A stretch of 64,000 nt of DNA from a virus, in the IMG/VR virus record IMGVR_UViG_3300002143_000153, positions 1 to 64,000 of that record; one strand, written 5' to 3'. Each line of letters starts with the position of its first letter. Within the stretch, counting starts at the first letter, position 1. Shown here piece by piece: positions 17,782-29,500 of this stretch. Position numbers and translations under genes: made by a program. The notes beneath the pieces are model-generated. The model had not been told where the DNA came from, made no database searches, and was given only the letters and a program-made list of their open reading frames with translations.

Positions 17782-20379
17782 ATGGCAAAAATTAAATTAA
17801 ATAGTTTACCACAAGGCTTTGAAATAAAAGATGGTAAAGTAATGAAAAAAATGAAGCAAGGTGGTATGACTGGTGATCAATCTGGTTATGGTTTGACCAC
17901 AACAACCTCTTCTTATGGTAGCGGTAGTTTTAATAATGCTGAGGATAATAAAAATGTTAGATATTCATTATCTTCTGTGCCTAAAGATATTGCCAATATA
18001 GAAGCTGAAGGTGGAGAAACTGTACTTACAGATCTTAATGGTGCTGGTAAGTTTGGTCTTTATGATATCAAAGGACCTAGACATTCTAAAGGTGGTGTAC
18101 CAATGTTTTTACCTACAGGTGCTTTTATTTTTTCTGATACCGATGCAATGAAATTTGATAGAAATGAACTTGCTGAATTTGGTGTTGAATCTAAAAAGAA
18201 AATAACACCAGCAAAAGTTTCTAAAAAATATCAGTTAAATGAATTTATAGGAGCACTTGCTGATGAGGATGCTGATTCTATAAAGGTGAAAAGTGCTGAG
18301 TTAATGTTAAATAAAAACATGATGGGTTTATCTAAAGTTGCATTTGCTCAAGAAGCAAAAAAACAATTTTCAGATGGTTTACCTAAAGCTGCATATCCTT
18401 ATATAGTATCTAAAGGTCAAGATCCTGAGCAGATGTCTCAACAAATTGAGGCAAGGAAAAATGAACAAAATGTAATGAATGCTATTGGAGCATTACCACC
18501 TGAACAACAAGCTAAAGCTATGGCTTTAAGACAAATGATGGGTGATCAAAATTCACAGGGTATGGAGCAACCTATGGCTCGTGATGGTTATGAATTACCA
18601 AAAGCTCAACTTGGTCTTGGCAATCCATTGGATATTTTTAATTATGGTAGAAACGTTTGGAACCAAAACAAACAGGGGTTAGTGAATGAATTATATAAAG
18701 ATAAAAGTAAACAAATTGATCCAAAAACATATAATCCAAGTTCAAGTTACGGTTCTAGTTTTTTAGAGGCAAATAAAGCTTTGTCAACAAATAAAGGTTT
18801 TATACCTTATAGATTAGATGACAATGGTGATTATCCAGTTTATGCTCAACAAGCTATTCAAAATGAAAATGCAGCAGCAAGTTCAAAAGCTAATGCAGAA
18901 CAAAATATGAATGCTGCAAATGCAGCAACTACAAAAAGACCTGTAGTAACAGCAACTAGTTCAGACGATAAATCAAACATAGCTTATAGTCCTAAAGTCA
19001 AAGATTTTTATAATAGATTTAATATAAATGTAAATGATGTAGGTGTAAATGCAACTACTTATAAAGACGTACAAGGTTATCAAGGTGAAGGTTTGTATGG
19101 TGATGCCGCTTCAAATTTAGAAGGTTGGAAAAAATCATGGTCCCCTTTATATCCAGATGCAGATAAATTAATACAGTCTTTACCTAAGTATGGAAAAGGT
19201 GAAAAAAATCCTGAAGTAGTAAAGTTTCAAAAATGGCAAGATGAAAATTATATACCTGAAGAAATGGCTAGGATTAAAAAAACCTGGGAAGATGAAGGTA
19301 ATATTTGGACACCTGAATTACAAGGTTCTTTAGAAAAAGCATTTAAGAAAGATTTTGGATTTGATCCAAATGCAACAGGTAAAGACTATGATGGTTTTAT
19401 GGGTACATTTACATCAAGTAGAAGACCATGGGATACTCAAGGTAATCCAAAAACACAAAATACTCCTGATGATTCAAACATAAATATAACACCTGAAGAT
19501 CCTAATTATTCATATGTTGATCCAGCAAAAGATTTCTGGATGCAAGATTATATTAAAATGGGAGCACAAGCTCAAAGAGATAGAGCTTTGTTTACACCAT
19601 GGCAACCCAATGTAGAGATACCTCAAATTGATTATATTCTTGAAGATCCTACAAGAGCTCTTGCTGATACTAACGAACAACTAAATATAGCAGGTCAAGC
19701 ACTAGGTGCTTTTGCTGGACCTCAATCATTAAGTGCAAGATTATCACAGGCTCAAGGTAATGCTTTTAAACAAAACGCTAATACTTTTGCTCAAGTACAT
19801 AATAGAAATGTAGGTACTGTTAATCAAGCTTTGGGTCAAAATGCTCAGTTAAGAGCTGTTGCTCAAAGAGAAAACAGAGATAGACAGGTTAAACAGTATG
19901 ATGATACAATGCTAACTTTTCAAAACTACTTAGATGAAAAAAATGTAGATAGAGAACAAATGGCTGATCTTAGTGCTAATGCTTATACAAATATGGCTAA
20001 TACTTATAATATGAATACATTGTATCCTTATTATAATATTAATCCTAATACAGGTGGTACAGTTGATTGGAATGGTGGTGCACCTCCAATGATTGCTAAT
20101 AACCAAGCAGGTAACCAAATGGATTTATATGATCAGATGACTCAAAGAGCTATTGATTTAAAATCTAAAAATTTAGATGCGGGTACTATAAATTTAATAT
20201 TGAATAATACTTATGGTACACCAGCACAGGCACCAACTCAAAAGTCTGCTTATCCAAATGCGGATAGTCTTAGAGCACATAGACAACAAGGTATGTCTGG
20301 TGGTTATGGTATTAGTAAATCAGGTAAAGAAATAAAACCTTATGCTACACCATTTTATATAGGAAAAACATTTTTTTAA
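17782..20379 (+). CDS. Virion cargo/ejection protein
   Basis: IEAEGGE...HSKGGV domain, MKQGG/MARDG/KAQLG motifs, N/Q/A-rich helical C-terminal half. Confidence 0.55.
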   Translation: MAKIKLNSLPQGFEIKDGKVMKKMKQGGMTGDQSGYGLTTTTSSYGSGSFNNAEDNKNVRYSLSSVPKDIANIEAEGGETVLTDLNGAGKFGLYDIKGPRHSKGGVPMFLPTGAFIFSDTDAMKFDRNELAEFGVESKKKITPAKVSKKYQLNEFIGALADEDADSIKVKSAELMLNKNMMGLSKVAFAQEAKKQFSDGLPKAAYPYIVSKGQDPEQMSQQIEARKNEQNVMNAIGALPPEQQAKAMALRQMMGDQNSQGMEQPMARDGYELPKAQLGLGNPLDIFNYGRNVWNQNKQGLVNELYKDKSKQIDPKTYNPSSSYGSSFLEANKALSTNKGFIPYRLDDNGDYPVYAQQAIQNENAAASSKANAEQNMNAANAATTKRPVVTATSSDDKSNIAYSPKVKDFYNRFNINVNDVGVNATTYKDVQGYQGEGLYGDAASNLEGWKKSWSPLYPDADKLIQSLPKYGKGEKNPEVVKFQKWQDENYIPEEMARIKKTWEDEGNIWTPELQGSLEKAFKKDFGFDPNATGKDYDGFMGTFTSSRRPWDTQGNPKTQNTPDDSNINITPEDPNYSYVDPAKDFWMQDYIKMGAQAQRDRALFTPWQPNVEIPQIDYILEDPTRALADTNEQLNIAGQALGAFAGPQSLSARLSQAQGNAFKQNANTFAQVHNRNVGTVNQALGQNAQLRAVAQRENRDRQVKQYDDTMLTFQNYLDEKNVDREQMADLSANAYTNMANTYNMNTLYPYYNINPNTGGTVDWNGGAPPMIANNQAGNQMDLYDQMTQRAIDLKSKNLDAGTINLILNNTYGTPAQAPTQKSAYPNADSLRAHRQQGMSGGYGISKSGKEIKPYATPFYIGKTFF

Positions 20380-20437
20380 ATTTAAAAAGTGTAATAATAA
20401 AGTTTTAAAACTTAATAAATTTTAGTAAATTTACATT

Positions 20438-23400
20438 ATGGCAACATACGTACCAGGATACCAAAGATATGAAAGAGAAACAAAACCGTTTACTCCAGAT
20501 TATAAATTTCTATCTGCAGTCCTAGACACTAGACAAGACCGTTTTGATACTAACTATAAACAACTGAATGATCAATACAGTAAAGTTGTTTATGCGGATA
20601 TGTCAAGAGAAGATACAACAAACGCAAGAGATCAATATACTCAACAGCTTATACCGAGGATGGAAAAACTATCAGGTATGGATTTGTCTATACGTCAAAA
20701 TGTAGATTCTGCAAAAAGTTTATTTAAACCTTTTTATGAAGATGATCTTATTGTAAAAGACTTGGTGTTTACATCGCAGTATAAAAAAAATATGCAGCTT
20801 GCAACAATACTTAAGGATTCTGATAGTGCTGATGAAAGAAAAAAATACTGGACAACAGGAATACAAGCTTTAAATTATCAGATGAAAGACTTTATGTCAG
20901 CTGATAGAGACACAGCTTTAAAGTCAGGTTTACCTTCTTATGTAGAGAATGTAGATCTTGAAGCAATGTCAATGAAGATTTTAACAGATGCTGGTTTTAA
21001 AGATGTTATAATGGATTTACCCGTTAAGGAAGGTGATCCTTTTGTTATTAGACAAAAAAATGGATCTCTTCAAGTACCTGGCGCATATAACTATTTAATG
21101 AAAACTCTTATGGAAGATCCAAGAGTTATAGAAGCTTATAGAACAAGTGGTTTAGTTCAAGCTAGAGGTCATGCAGAAACAGGTGTAGAAAACGGATTAT
21201 ATTCTAATATAGCTGAAGGAAAAAATGCATGGGCCCAAAATACACTTAATGAATTAAGAAATAGAAATGCTATAGCAAATCCAATATTAAAACAACAATT
21301 TGAAAAAGCTTTAGAAGCAAAACAAAATTGGGAACGTTATGAAAAAGAGGAAGGTATTATACCTGATAGTGATGAACATAAAGATTTATTAGAAGCTTTT
21401 GAAAAATTTGATAATGCCGAAGGTATTTTAAAAAGAAATGAAGAAGCTTTGCAAAGAATGGATTCTGTTGATGAAAATACAGATTCTTTAAATTTTGCAT
21501 ATAATATGCTTATGAATTATAATCTAAGTAGTGATATTTTAGGTGCTGCAACTTCATATAGTAAAAGAGATTATTCTCAAACTATAGCTATGGAAAATCC
21601 ATACACTAAAATGAAAATTCAACATCAGTATGATATTGCTAGAGATAATAATGCCAGTGCTAATAAAAAAAGTGAAGCTATATTACAAGGTAAGATTGAT
21701 GGTAATGTAAATAAAAAAGGTGAAATAATTAATCCTGCTTATTTAGCAGCTGAAATATTTAATGATGATGCAGGTCCTGATGATTTTAGTACTGAGTATG
21801 AAGATGTTGAATTAATAAAAGATCCTTATAAAAGAAATTTAGAAGATGTTGATACTAATGCAAAAGTTATAGCTGGACAACAAGCAGATTGGATTAATAA
21901 TTTTCTTACTTTAAAAAATTCAAGTAAACGTGTAGGTGACCAAAATGGTAATATGACAATTACTTTAGCTAATAATAAAAAGTTTACTGGTAACACACAA
22001 CAAATAAAACAAGAGTTAATAAAACCAGAAAATGTAAATGTATTAGCTAAACTTTATTCTGAGTCTTTTAAAGAATTTACAGAGTTACCTAAAACTAATA
22101 GACAAGCTCTTAAAAGTATAGAATATGTTACTTTAGCTGCAGATGCTAGTGAGATTGCAGGTAGGACAGATCAAATACTTGCCTGGAATTCTATAAGTAA
22201 ACAGCAAGTTAAAAAAAATTGGGAAGCTGCTAAAAGTATAGGTGCTTTACCTTTAGGTAGAGCTTTAGAAAAAGGCGTACCATCTATAGTAGATGATAAA
22301 GGTGAGGTATCAGATGAAAATGAATACGTTACAAATTATGTTAATTCTGCAAAAGAAGGTAAAATAAAAGGGGCTAATTACATGGTCGGTAGAGGTGGTA
22401 GAATGGATGATGGTTCAATGCGCTATGAAGGTGCTTTATCAATCGGTGAAGCAGTCAGTAGACGTATTGATAAATACACGGGTGATGTAATTTTTGATAA
22501 AACAAACGCTACAAATGATGCTAAACAAGCATATAAAGATCAGTATAAAATATTAAATAATACTTTAAATGAAAACTATACTGCAAGATATGATACAAAA
22601 AATACAGGTTTATTTCAAGCTTTATCTGCAGATGCTTATTTTAGAAATGTACCATTAGATGAAATGAATGCCGCCAATCTTTATACTTATGGTGGTACAA
22701 AAACAACATTTAATGTTGCTACTATTACTAGTGATGAAAAAGCATTTAAACAATTAAAAGCATTTAGGAATCAATTTATTAATACGCCTAGTGCTGATAA
22801 AATAATTATACCTACAGGTGTATCTTCCGCAAACCCTGATAAAGAAACAGATCCTACTGCTGATTATATTTTACGTCAAACTTTAAATGATATACAAAGA
22901 GCAATGCTTCAATCAAAAAGTGAAGCAAGTAAAAAATTATTAGTTGGTATTGAATATAGACCTGTTGCCGGAGTAAGTGAAGATGGTACTAAGTATGCTG
23001 GTTTTAAAATTAGTTTAACTGATGATCAATTAAAAGCTTTTACATCTGATGCGGCTAAGACACCAGCGGGTAAATTGAATAATGATGCTATTAAAGACTA
23101 TAGTGAAATAACCATGTTGTATAAACAAGAATTAGATACTAATCCTTTAAGAGCTGGTCAATACAATTTTTCTAGTACTCAAACAAAAATACAATTATCA
23201 GAAGATAATACTTATCATTATGATATGTTTAAAGAAACAGCTGGTTCTTTTAGAATCTTTAATAAAGATGATGTTTATTATAGATCAATGGAAATGTTGC
23301 AAGTTGATCCAAAAACAGGTAACTTTGTATTAGCGGGCCAACAAGCTATACAACCTATATTAAATCAAAATAATCAACCTGTTACTATTAATGAACTAGA

Positions 23401-23497
23401 TAGATATATTGCAAACTTTGAAGCAAGTTTTGCTGATTTACATACAAAAAATATGGTTGATGTTACCAGAATAAAAAAACAACTTGGAATAAAATAA
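20438..23497 (+). CDS. Large virion cargo protein preceding the RNAP
   Basis: 1019-aa helical ORF; position matches the first of the large ejected proteins of crAss-like phages. Confidence 0.5.
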   Translation: MATYVPGYQRYERETKPFTPDYKFLSAVLDTRQDRFDTNYKQLNDQYSKVVYADMSREDTTNARDQYTQQLIPRMEKLSGMDLSIRQNVDSAKSLFKPFYEDDLIVKDLVFTSQYKKNMQLATILKDSDSADERKKYWTTGIQALNYQMKDFMSADRDTALKSGLPSYVENVDLEAMSMKILTDAGFKDVIMDLPVKEGDPFVIRQKNGSLQVPGAYNYLMKTLMEDPRVIEAYRTSGLVQARGHAETGVENGLYSNIAEGKNAWAQNTLNELRNRNAIANPILKQQFEKALEAKQNWERYEKEEGIIPDSDEHKDLLEAFEKFDNAEGILKRNEEALQRMDSVDENTDSLNFAYNMLMNYNLSSDILGAATSYSKRDYSQTIAMENPYTKMKIQHQYDIARDNNASANKKSEAILQGKIDGNVNKKGEIINPAYLAAEIFNDDAGPDDFSTEYEDVELIKDPYKRNLEDVDTNAKVIAGQQADWINNFLTLKNSSKRVGDQNGNMTITLANNKKFTGNTQQIKQELIKPENVNVLAKLYSESFKEFTELPKTNRQALKSIEYVTLAADASEIAGRTDQILAWNSISKQQVKKNWEAAKSIGALPLGRALEKGVPSIVDDKGEVSDENEYVTNYVNSAKEGKIKGANYMVGRGGRMDDGSMRYEGALSIGEAVSRRIDKYTGDVIFDKTNATNDAKQAYKDQYKILNNTLNENYTARYDTKNTGLFQALSADAYFRNVPLDEMNAANLYTYGGTKTTFNVATITSDEKAFKQLKAFRNQFINTPSADKIIIPTGVSSANPDKETDPTADYILRQTLNDIQRAMLQSKSEASKKLLVGIEYRPVAGVSEDGTKYAGFKISLTDDQLKAFTSDAAKTPAGKLNNDAIKDYSEITMLYKQELDTNPLRAGQYNFSSTQTKIQLSEDNTYHYDMFKETAGSFRIFNKDDVYYRSMEMLQVDPKTGNFVLAGQQAIQPILNQNNQPVTINELDRYIANFEASFADLHTKNMVDVTRIKKQLGIK

Positions 23498-23501
23498 AAA
23501 C

Positions 23502-26500
23502 ATGGATTTAAAAAATCAAAATACTGTAACACCAGAAGGTGTTGAAAATTCTTTACCAATTAATACATCTATAAGTCAAGCATGGAATCCTGATGGTTTT
23601 GAATTTAAACCAATGAATGAAATATTTGATTTTGGTCCCAATACTGATGACCAAGTTGCTGAAGAATTTAGAAGAACTATAAATGAAATAGTTCCTAAAG
23701 TAAATGAAATAATTCCTTCATCAAATCTTGAATACAAAAAAGGTGCTCCAGGTTTAAATTCTTTTGAGGGTTTTAGTAAAGTTTTTGATAATCCTAATAG
23801 TTATATGGCTGGTGTAAAGGATGATCCTTTATATTTAAAACCTATGATATCTGGTGCTAGAAGTTCTGGTTTTGATAGAATAGCCGATCACCATAATTTT
23901 AAAGAATTAGGATGGAATCCTTTAAGAGATAATGAAAAATATTATAATGATAATTCTTCTGCTTTTTGGGATTTAACAAGAGCTACTAAATATTGGGCTG
24001 AATCTTTAGGTACAGGTTTTATGTCAAGTTATAGATCTTTTGGTGATTTTATAGATGATGATTCTTATTGGTTATCAGCAGATTATGAATCTTCCGATGA
24101 GTTTGAAGAAGCTACAAGATTAGGTAGTAGTACAAGAGGTGGTTTTGCAGGCTTTTCTACTAATTTATTTTTACAAACAGGTTATACTGTTGGTATACTT
24201 AGTTCTATTGCAGCAGAAGAACTTGCATTAGCTGCAGCAACTACTGCATCAGAAGGTATTGCTGCACCTGCCTTTTTATCAAGAACAATGGTTAATTTTG
24301 GTAGAAGTATTAAAAATATGGCCAATCTATTTGATGTTGGTAAAGCTTTAAAAGGAAGTAAATCTATTTTAGATTCCATAAGAAGTGTAGAAAATGCAAA
24401 AGATTTATGGGATGCAAGTAGAACTATTGGTGCAGCTCCTGTAAAATTTTTAGGAAATGTTTTTACACCTGAAACAATGGCTGTTATAAAATCCATGAAA
24501 TCAGCTGAAAATACAGCTCAAGGAATGACAGCTGCTGCAAAATTTGGAAAAGGTTTTGGTGCTTTTTATAAAGATATGAGAAGTATAAACTATGCAATGA
24601 GTGAAGGTAAAATGGAAGCAGGTTTTGTTTTCAATGAAGTTTTCTCAGAAGGTTTAGCAATTAAAAAAAGAGAAAACGGTGGATTTGATTTATCTCAAGA
24701 ACAATTAAAAACTTTAAATGAAGATGCTTTAAAAGCAGCAACAGAAACACTTTGGTTTAATGCACCTGCAATTTTTTTAACTAATCAATTAGTTTTAGGT
24801 ACAGCATTAAGAGGTTTTTCTCCAACAATGAGAAGAATCTTTAGTGATAAACTCCCAGGCTTTGCTAAAAATATAATCAGAAGTAAACCTGTTAGAGATA
24901 AAGCAACTGGTGTATTAAATAAAGGTTTATACGTAGACGTTAGTCCTAAAAATTTTAGAGCTAACTTTATTAATCTAAAAAAACTTAAAAGTGTTGGCGC
25001 TAAAGGAACTTTAATAAATACAGCTCATGGTCTATTAAGATATTCTGCGGCAAGTATAGGTGAAGGTTTACAAGAGGTGTATCAAGAAGGAGTTCAAGTA
25101 GGTGTAGTAGATTACCACAGAGCTTTGATGGAAAATCCAATGGCACCTGCAACAAACTTAATGCAGCAATCATTTAAAGAAGCTGTAAATAGTCAAATGT
25201 CTGGTCAAGGATTAGAAGTTTTTGCTTCTGGTTTTTTAATGGGTGGGTTAGTACAAGGACCACAAAAATTATTTTTTGAAATAGCCCCTGAAATATATCA
25301 GAATAAAAAGAATCCAGAAAAATTTGCTGAATATGAAAAAAATAAAATAGAATTTCTTAAAGTAGCAAATGAAGTTGGAGATAAAATTCAAGAAAACCCT
25401 TTTGATTTTTGGAATAACTCTAAATTACATTTGTTTTCTGCAAAAGAAGGTGATGATGAAACTAAAAAAGCTTTATATGAAGATGATAACTTAGGTTTTA
25501 GAGATGCAAAAGATGATGCTACTTTTATGCATTATCATTTTCTTATGACATCTGAAGCTGATGGTTTATTTAGAGAGCAATTTCAAGATCTTCTAAATCT
25601 AAATGATGAAGATTTAAAAGCTTTATATCCTGATTCAAATAAACCAATAGAGGATGTAAGAAATAAAATACAAAAATCAATAGATGGTATTAAAGAGTAC
25701 AAAAAGAAATATAATGATTCTTTTGATATTATTCAAAATCCTATAAACTATAACCAATATGAAAAACGTAAAAGAAAGTATAATGATGAAAGAATAAAGC
25801 ATGCTGCTATAGAACATGCTAGAATGCTTTATTTATTTGCAAATGATGCTTTTGAACAAGCTAACAAAAGAAGATATAATATTGAAAATACATTAATAAC
25901 GTCTCCTGTTATGAATGATCTTGCTTCTAATGATTTAACTGTTTTACTAAGTGTTGACTCTATAAATTTAGAGAATAATATGTTAATCAGGGAAATTTCA
26001 AATTTACAAAAAGCTGAAAAACCTGATTCAAAACTAATAAAAGAAAAACAAGCTAAACTAAAAAGCTTAATTGAGTATAGAGTAATTCTAGAAAGCATCT
26101 ATGATGAAGAATCTAAAACATATGATAGAGATAAAAGCAGTAAACTAAAAGATCCTTTAGTTAAGTATCTTAAAACTCTTGGTGCAATTAATAAAAAAGG
26201 TTATATAAAAAGAGATGAAATCAATGGTGTTATTGCAATGCTTGTTGATCATAATAATCTAGATACAAGAGCTCAGTTATTTGATAGAACTGTAGCCTTG
26301 TTTAGTGATCCTAATAAAATATTAAATCTGGTTGATAGAATATCAGATAACTTGGGTGTTCTATTTAGTAATACTAAAAAGATATATGTAAAGAGTGTGG
26401 AACAAGCCGTTATGAATGAAGAGATGAAACAATTAACATCTCAACTAGAATCAATAGGTGTTGTTCCAGATCCTGATCAATTTGATGCTTTTTTAAAATC

Positions 26501-29500
26501 AGGAAATGCAAATCTACTTACAAAATTCCATACAGAAAAAGGAATATTAGATCGTACTATAGATAAAGAAATTTATGATGTAATTCAATCAGAAATTAAT
26601 GTATATAATACAGCATCAAATTATAAGCCTGAAATAACAGAAGCAGAAGAGGTAGATGAGTTTGGTAACATTGCAGATGAGTCTCCTGCAAATAAAAGTA
26701 TTGATGAAAGTAAATTTGATAATATAATAAGTGAAGAACTGGGTGATGATGTCTTATCTGAAATACAGGAAGAAACACCTGATAATGATTTAACTATACC
26801 TGGGGATGCTTTTTTTACACTACAGGTTTTAAATAATATTTACAATGATTATAAAATTAAGAATATTAATAAAGAATCTGCGTTATTAACATTTCAGGAA
26901 TGGGTTAATACTAATGCGGGTAATAATGTTGTAAGAGGTTTAGACAAACTAAAAGCTTTATGGTTTAATTCATTAAAAGCATCAGATAAAACAGAAGAAG
27001 AAAACACAACTTTATATAAATCTGAAGAAGGTTTTCAAGATTGGATTCTTGAAAATAAAAATGATAGAGTTGTAAGTCTAATAATGATAATGGCAGGTTT
27101 TAATATAAAATCTATTGAATCAGAAAAAACTGAAACAGACTTAGAAAGTATTGTAGATACAGCAACAGAAGAAGTTATACAGATAGGACCCAATGTAAAC
27201 ATTGTAAAAAGAAAAGTAATTAATCCTGAAGACACAACAGATTTTAATTATATATATGAATTAGTAGATAATAATAATATTTCAATTGAAGCACAATTTT
27301 TAAAAGAAGCTGGTGTTGATGGTATTTATTTAGAAGAAAATAAAGCAGGTGCTTGGGCCGCTTATACAGCACTGTTAAAAGTTGTTCCAAAAACAGATGT
27401 TTATTCATACGATGGTATAGATGTAAAATACGGAGATGAATTAGAAAATGTTAACGGTGATAAATTTATTGTACTAGGTGCAGATACATCACCAAGTATG
27501 GGTCAATATTTAAAGTTGATACCTTTTGATAAAGTTGGATTATCCAATGAACAAAAAAAGGCAGCTATGATTTATGTTAAAGAAAAAGGATTTAGTGATT
27601 TATATTCTAAACCAGAAAATAAAATAACTAGTATTACTTATTCTACAAATATGACTAAATTAGATCACCGTGATATTAACGGTGTATATGCTATACAGTT
27701 AACTAGTAGAACAACAACTTCAGGTAAAGAAACTATAAAGGATGCTGAAGAAAGATTACAAAAAACTTTATCTCTTTTATCAGCTGAAGATTTAGAATCA
27801 GCTACTGTAACAATTAGAGAAAATGTAAGACAAGCGCCTAAAGCTTTTCAAACCGGAACTACACCTGAAAACAACCTTATTCAAAATAAGGGTGATAAAT
27901 ATACTGTGCTAATTACTTTGTCACCAGGGTCTATAGACAAAGTTAAATCTTTGTATGGTGAAAACTTTAATGGTGATATTGCTTTTATTAGAAATGACCG
28001 TTACGGTTTTGTTGGAAGATCAGGTAATCAAGTAAGTGTAGACGCTTTTACAGATGGTAATTTAAAAAAATATATCTTAGGTAATAATACTGATGCGTCA
28101 GATCTTAAGAATCAAATGCTTAGACAAAGTGAATTAACTGAAAAGTTAGATGAATTAGTCAAAGACAATGTTTCTATGAGTCTTAAGGACTTTCAAGATA
28201 CAACCAAAATTAACTTAAAAATAAGCGATGGTATAGTTACTTGGGATGATGTTACTAAAAGCTTAAATGACTTAGCTTATAGTACATATGATGGTGTTAA
28301 AGTTGTAATGATAAACACTAAAGACGGTGTATCATATGTTACAGATATAAAGAACCCTACAGAAGAAGTAGCTTTTATAAATAAGTTAGAAGAAGATTTA
28401 GAAAAAACACCAAAGCCAGAAAAGTATGGTAATATGCTAAACATGGCGCTTGATTCTGGTAGATATGTAGCTATTGTTAAAGATGCTAATGGTGTAGTAA
28501 CAGCGGTACAGTTAAGACAAAAATCTTATAGCAAAGAAGAACGTACTGAATTTTATAAAGAACTTTTAGATAGAGCAAAAGAGACAGCTGATAATAATGT
28601 TAAAGAGGGAAATGTTTCAAATAAAACAATTAATAATGATTGGAATGATAACTTTAATAAAAGGTTTTATTTAAAAGCAACAGCAGGTACTTTTATTGAT
28701 TTTAAAGTTTGGCCTGATGGTAATATAACTTTGAGTATACATAATAAAGCTAAAGGATTAGAAAAGCAACTTGAAAGAATTAGAGTTGCTGATTTAAATG
28801 AATATATAAAAGATCCTATAAAGGTGGAATCATTATATGAAGTTTTAAATAATAATGATGTTGTTGTTAAATTTAATAAATATCAATCTGAAAAAATAAA
28901 TTTATCAGGAGAATCAGTAACACGAGTTTTTGCTACTACAGCAGGTGTTAGTGAGATCATTGAAAAGACAGTTACTGATATAAATCCAAACGTTAGAATA
29001 AATAAAAAACTGTATCTAGAATACACTTCAGATTTAATAGAAGCAGAAAAAATTATACCTGGTGTAGAATTAGAAGATCAAAAAGGTGAAGTATTAACAC
29101 CACAAGAAACGGCTATAGCCACAGATAAAGTATCTGATATAAATCAAATACAAGCTGCTAGAGAAAGTCAAGAAGAATTAAATAGTGATGAAATAACAGC
29201 TGAAGCTGATATAGAAAGAGAATTATTCACAACCCCTATTAGCTTAAACAACTGGACTTCTGTAGAGCATGGTAAGTATATAAAATTACTTACACTAAGA
29301 GGAGATTTAGAAAAAAGAGATTTATTGAGAAATCTTGACCCTAAAAGTAGTTGGCAACTTTATGCAGTTGAAAATCTTTCAGAAGAAGAAGCTGGTGATA
29401 TTTTATCTATCATAAAAGAAGCTAAAAAAGCTGATATAGAAATAAGAAAAAATAAATCAAGAACTATTGATTCACAACCTTTTCAAAGAAACAATACTAC

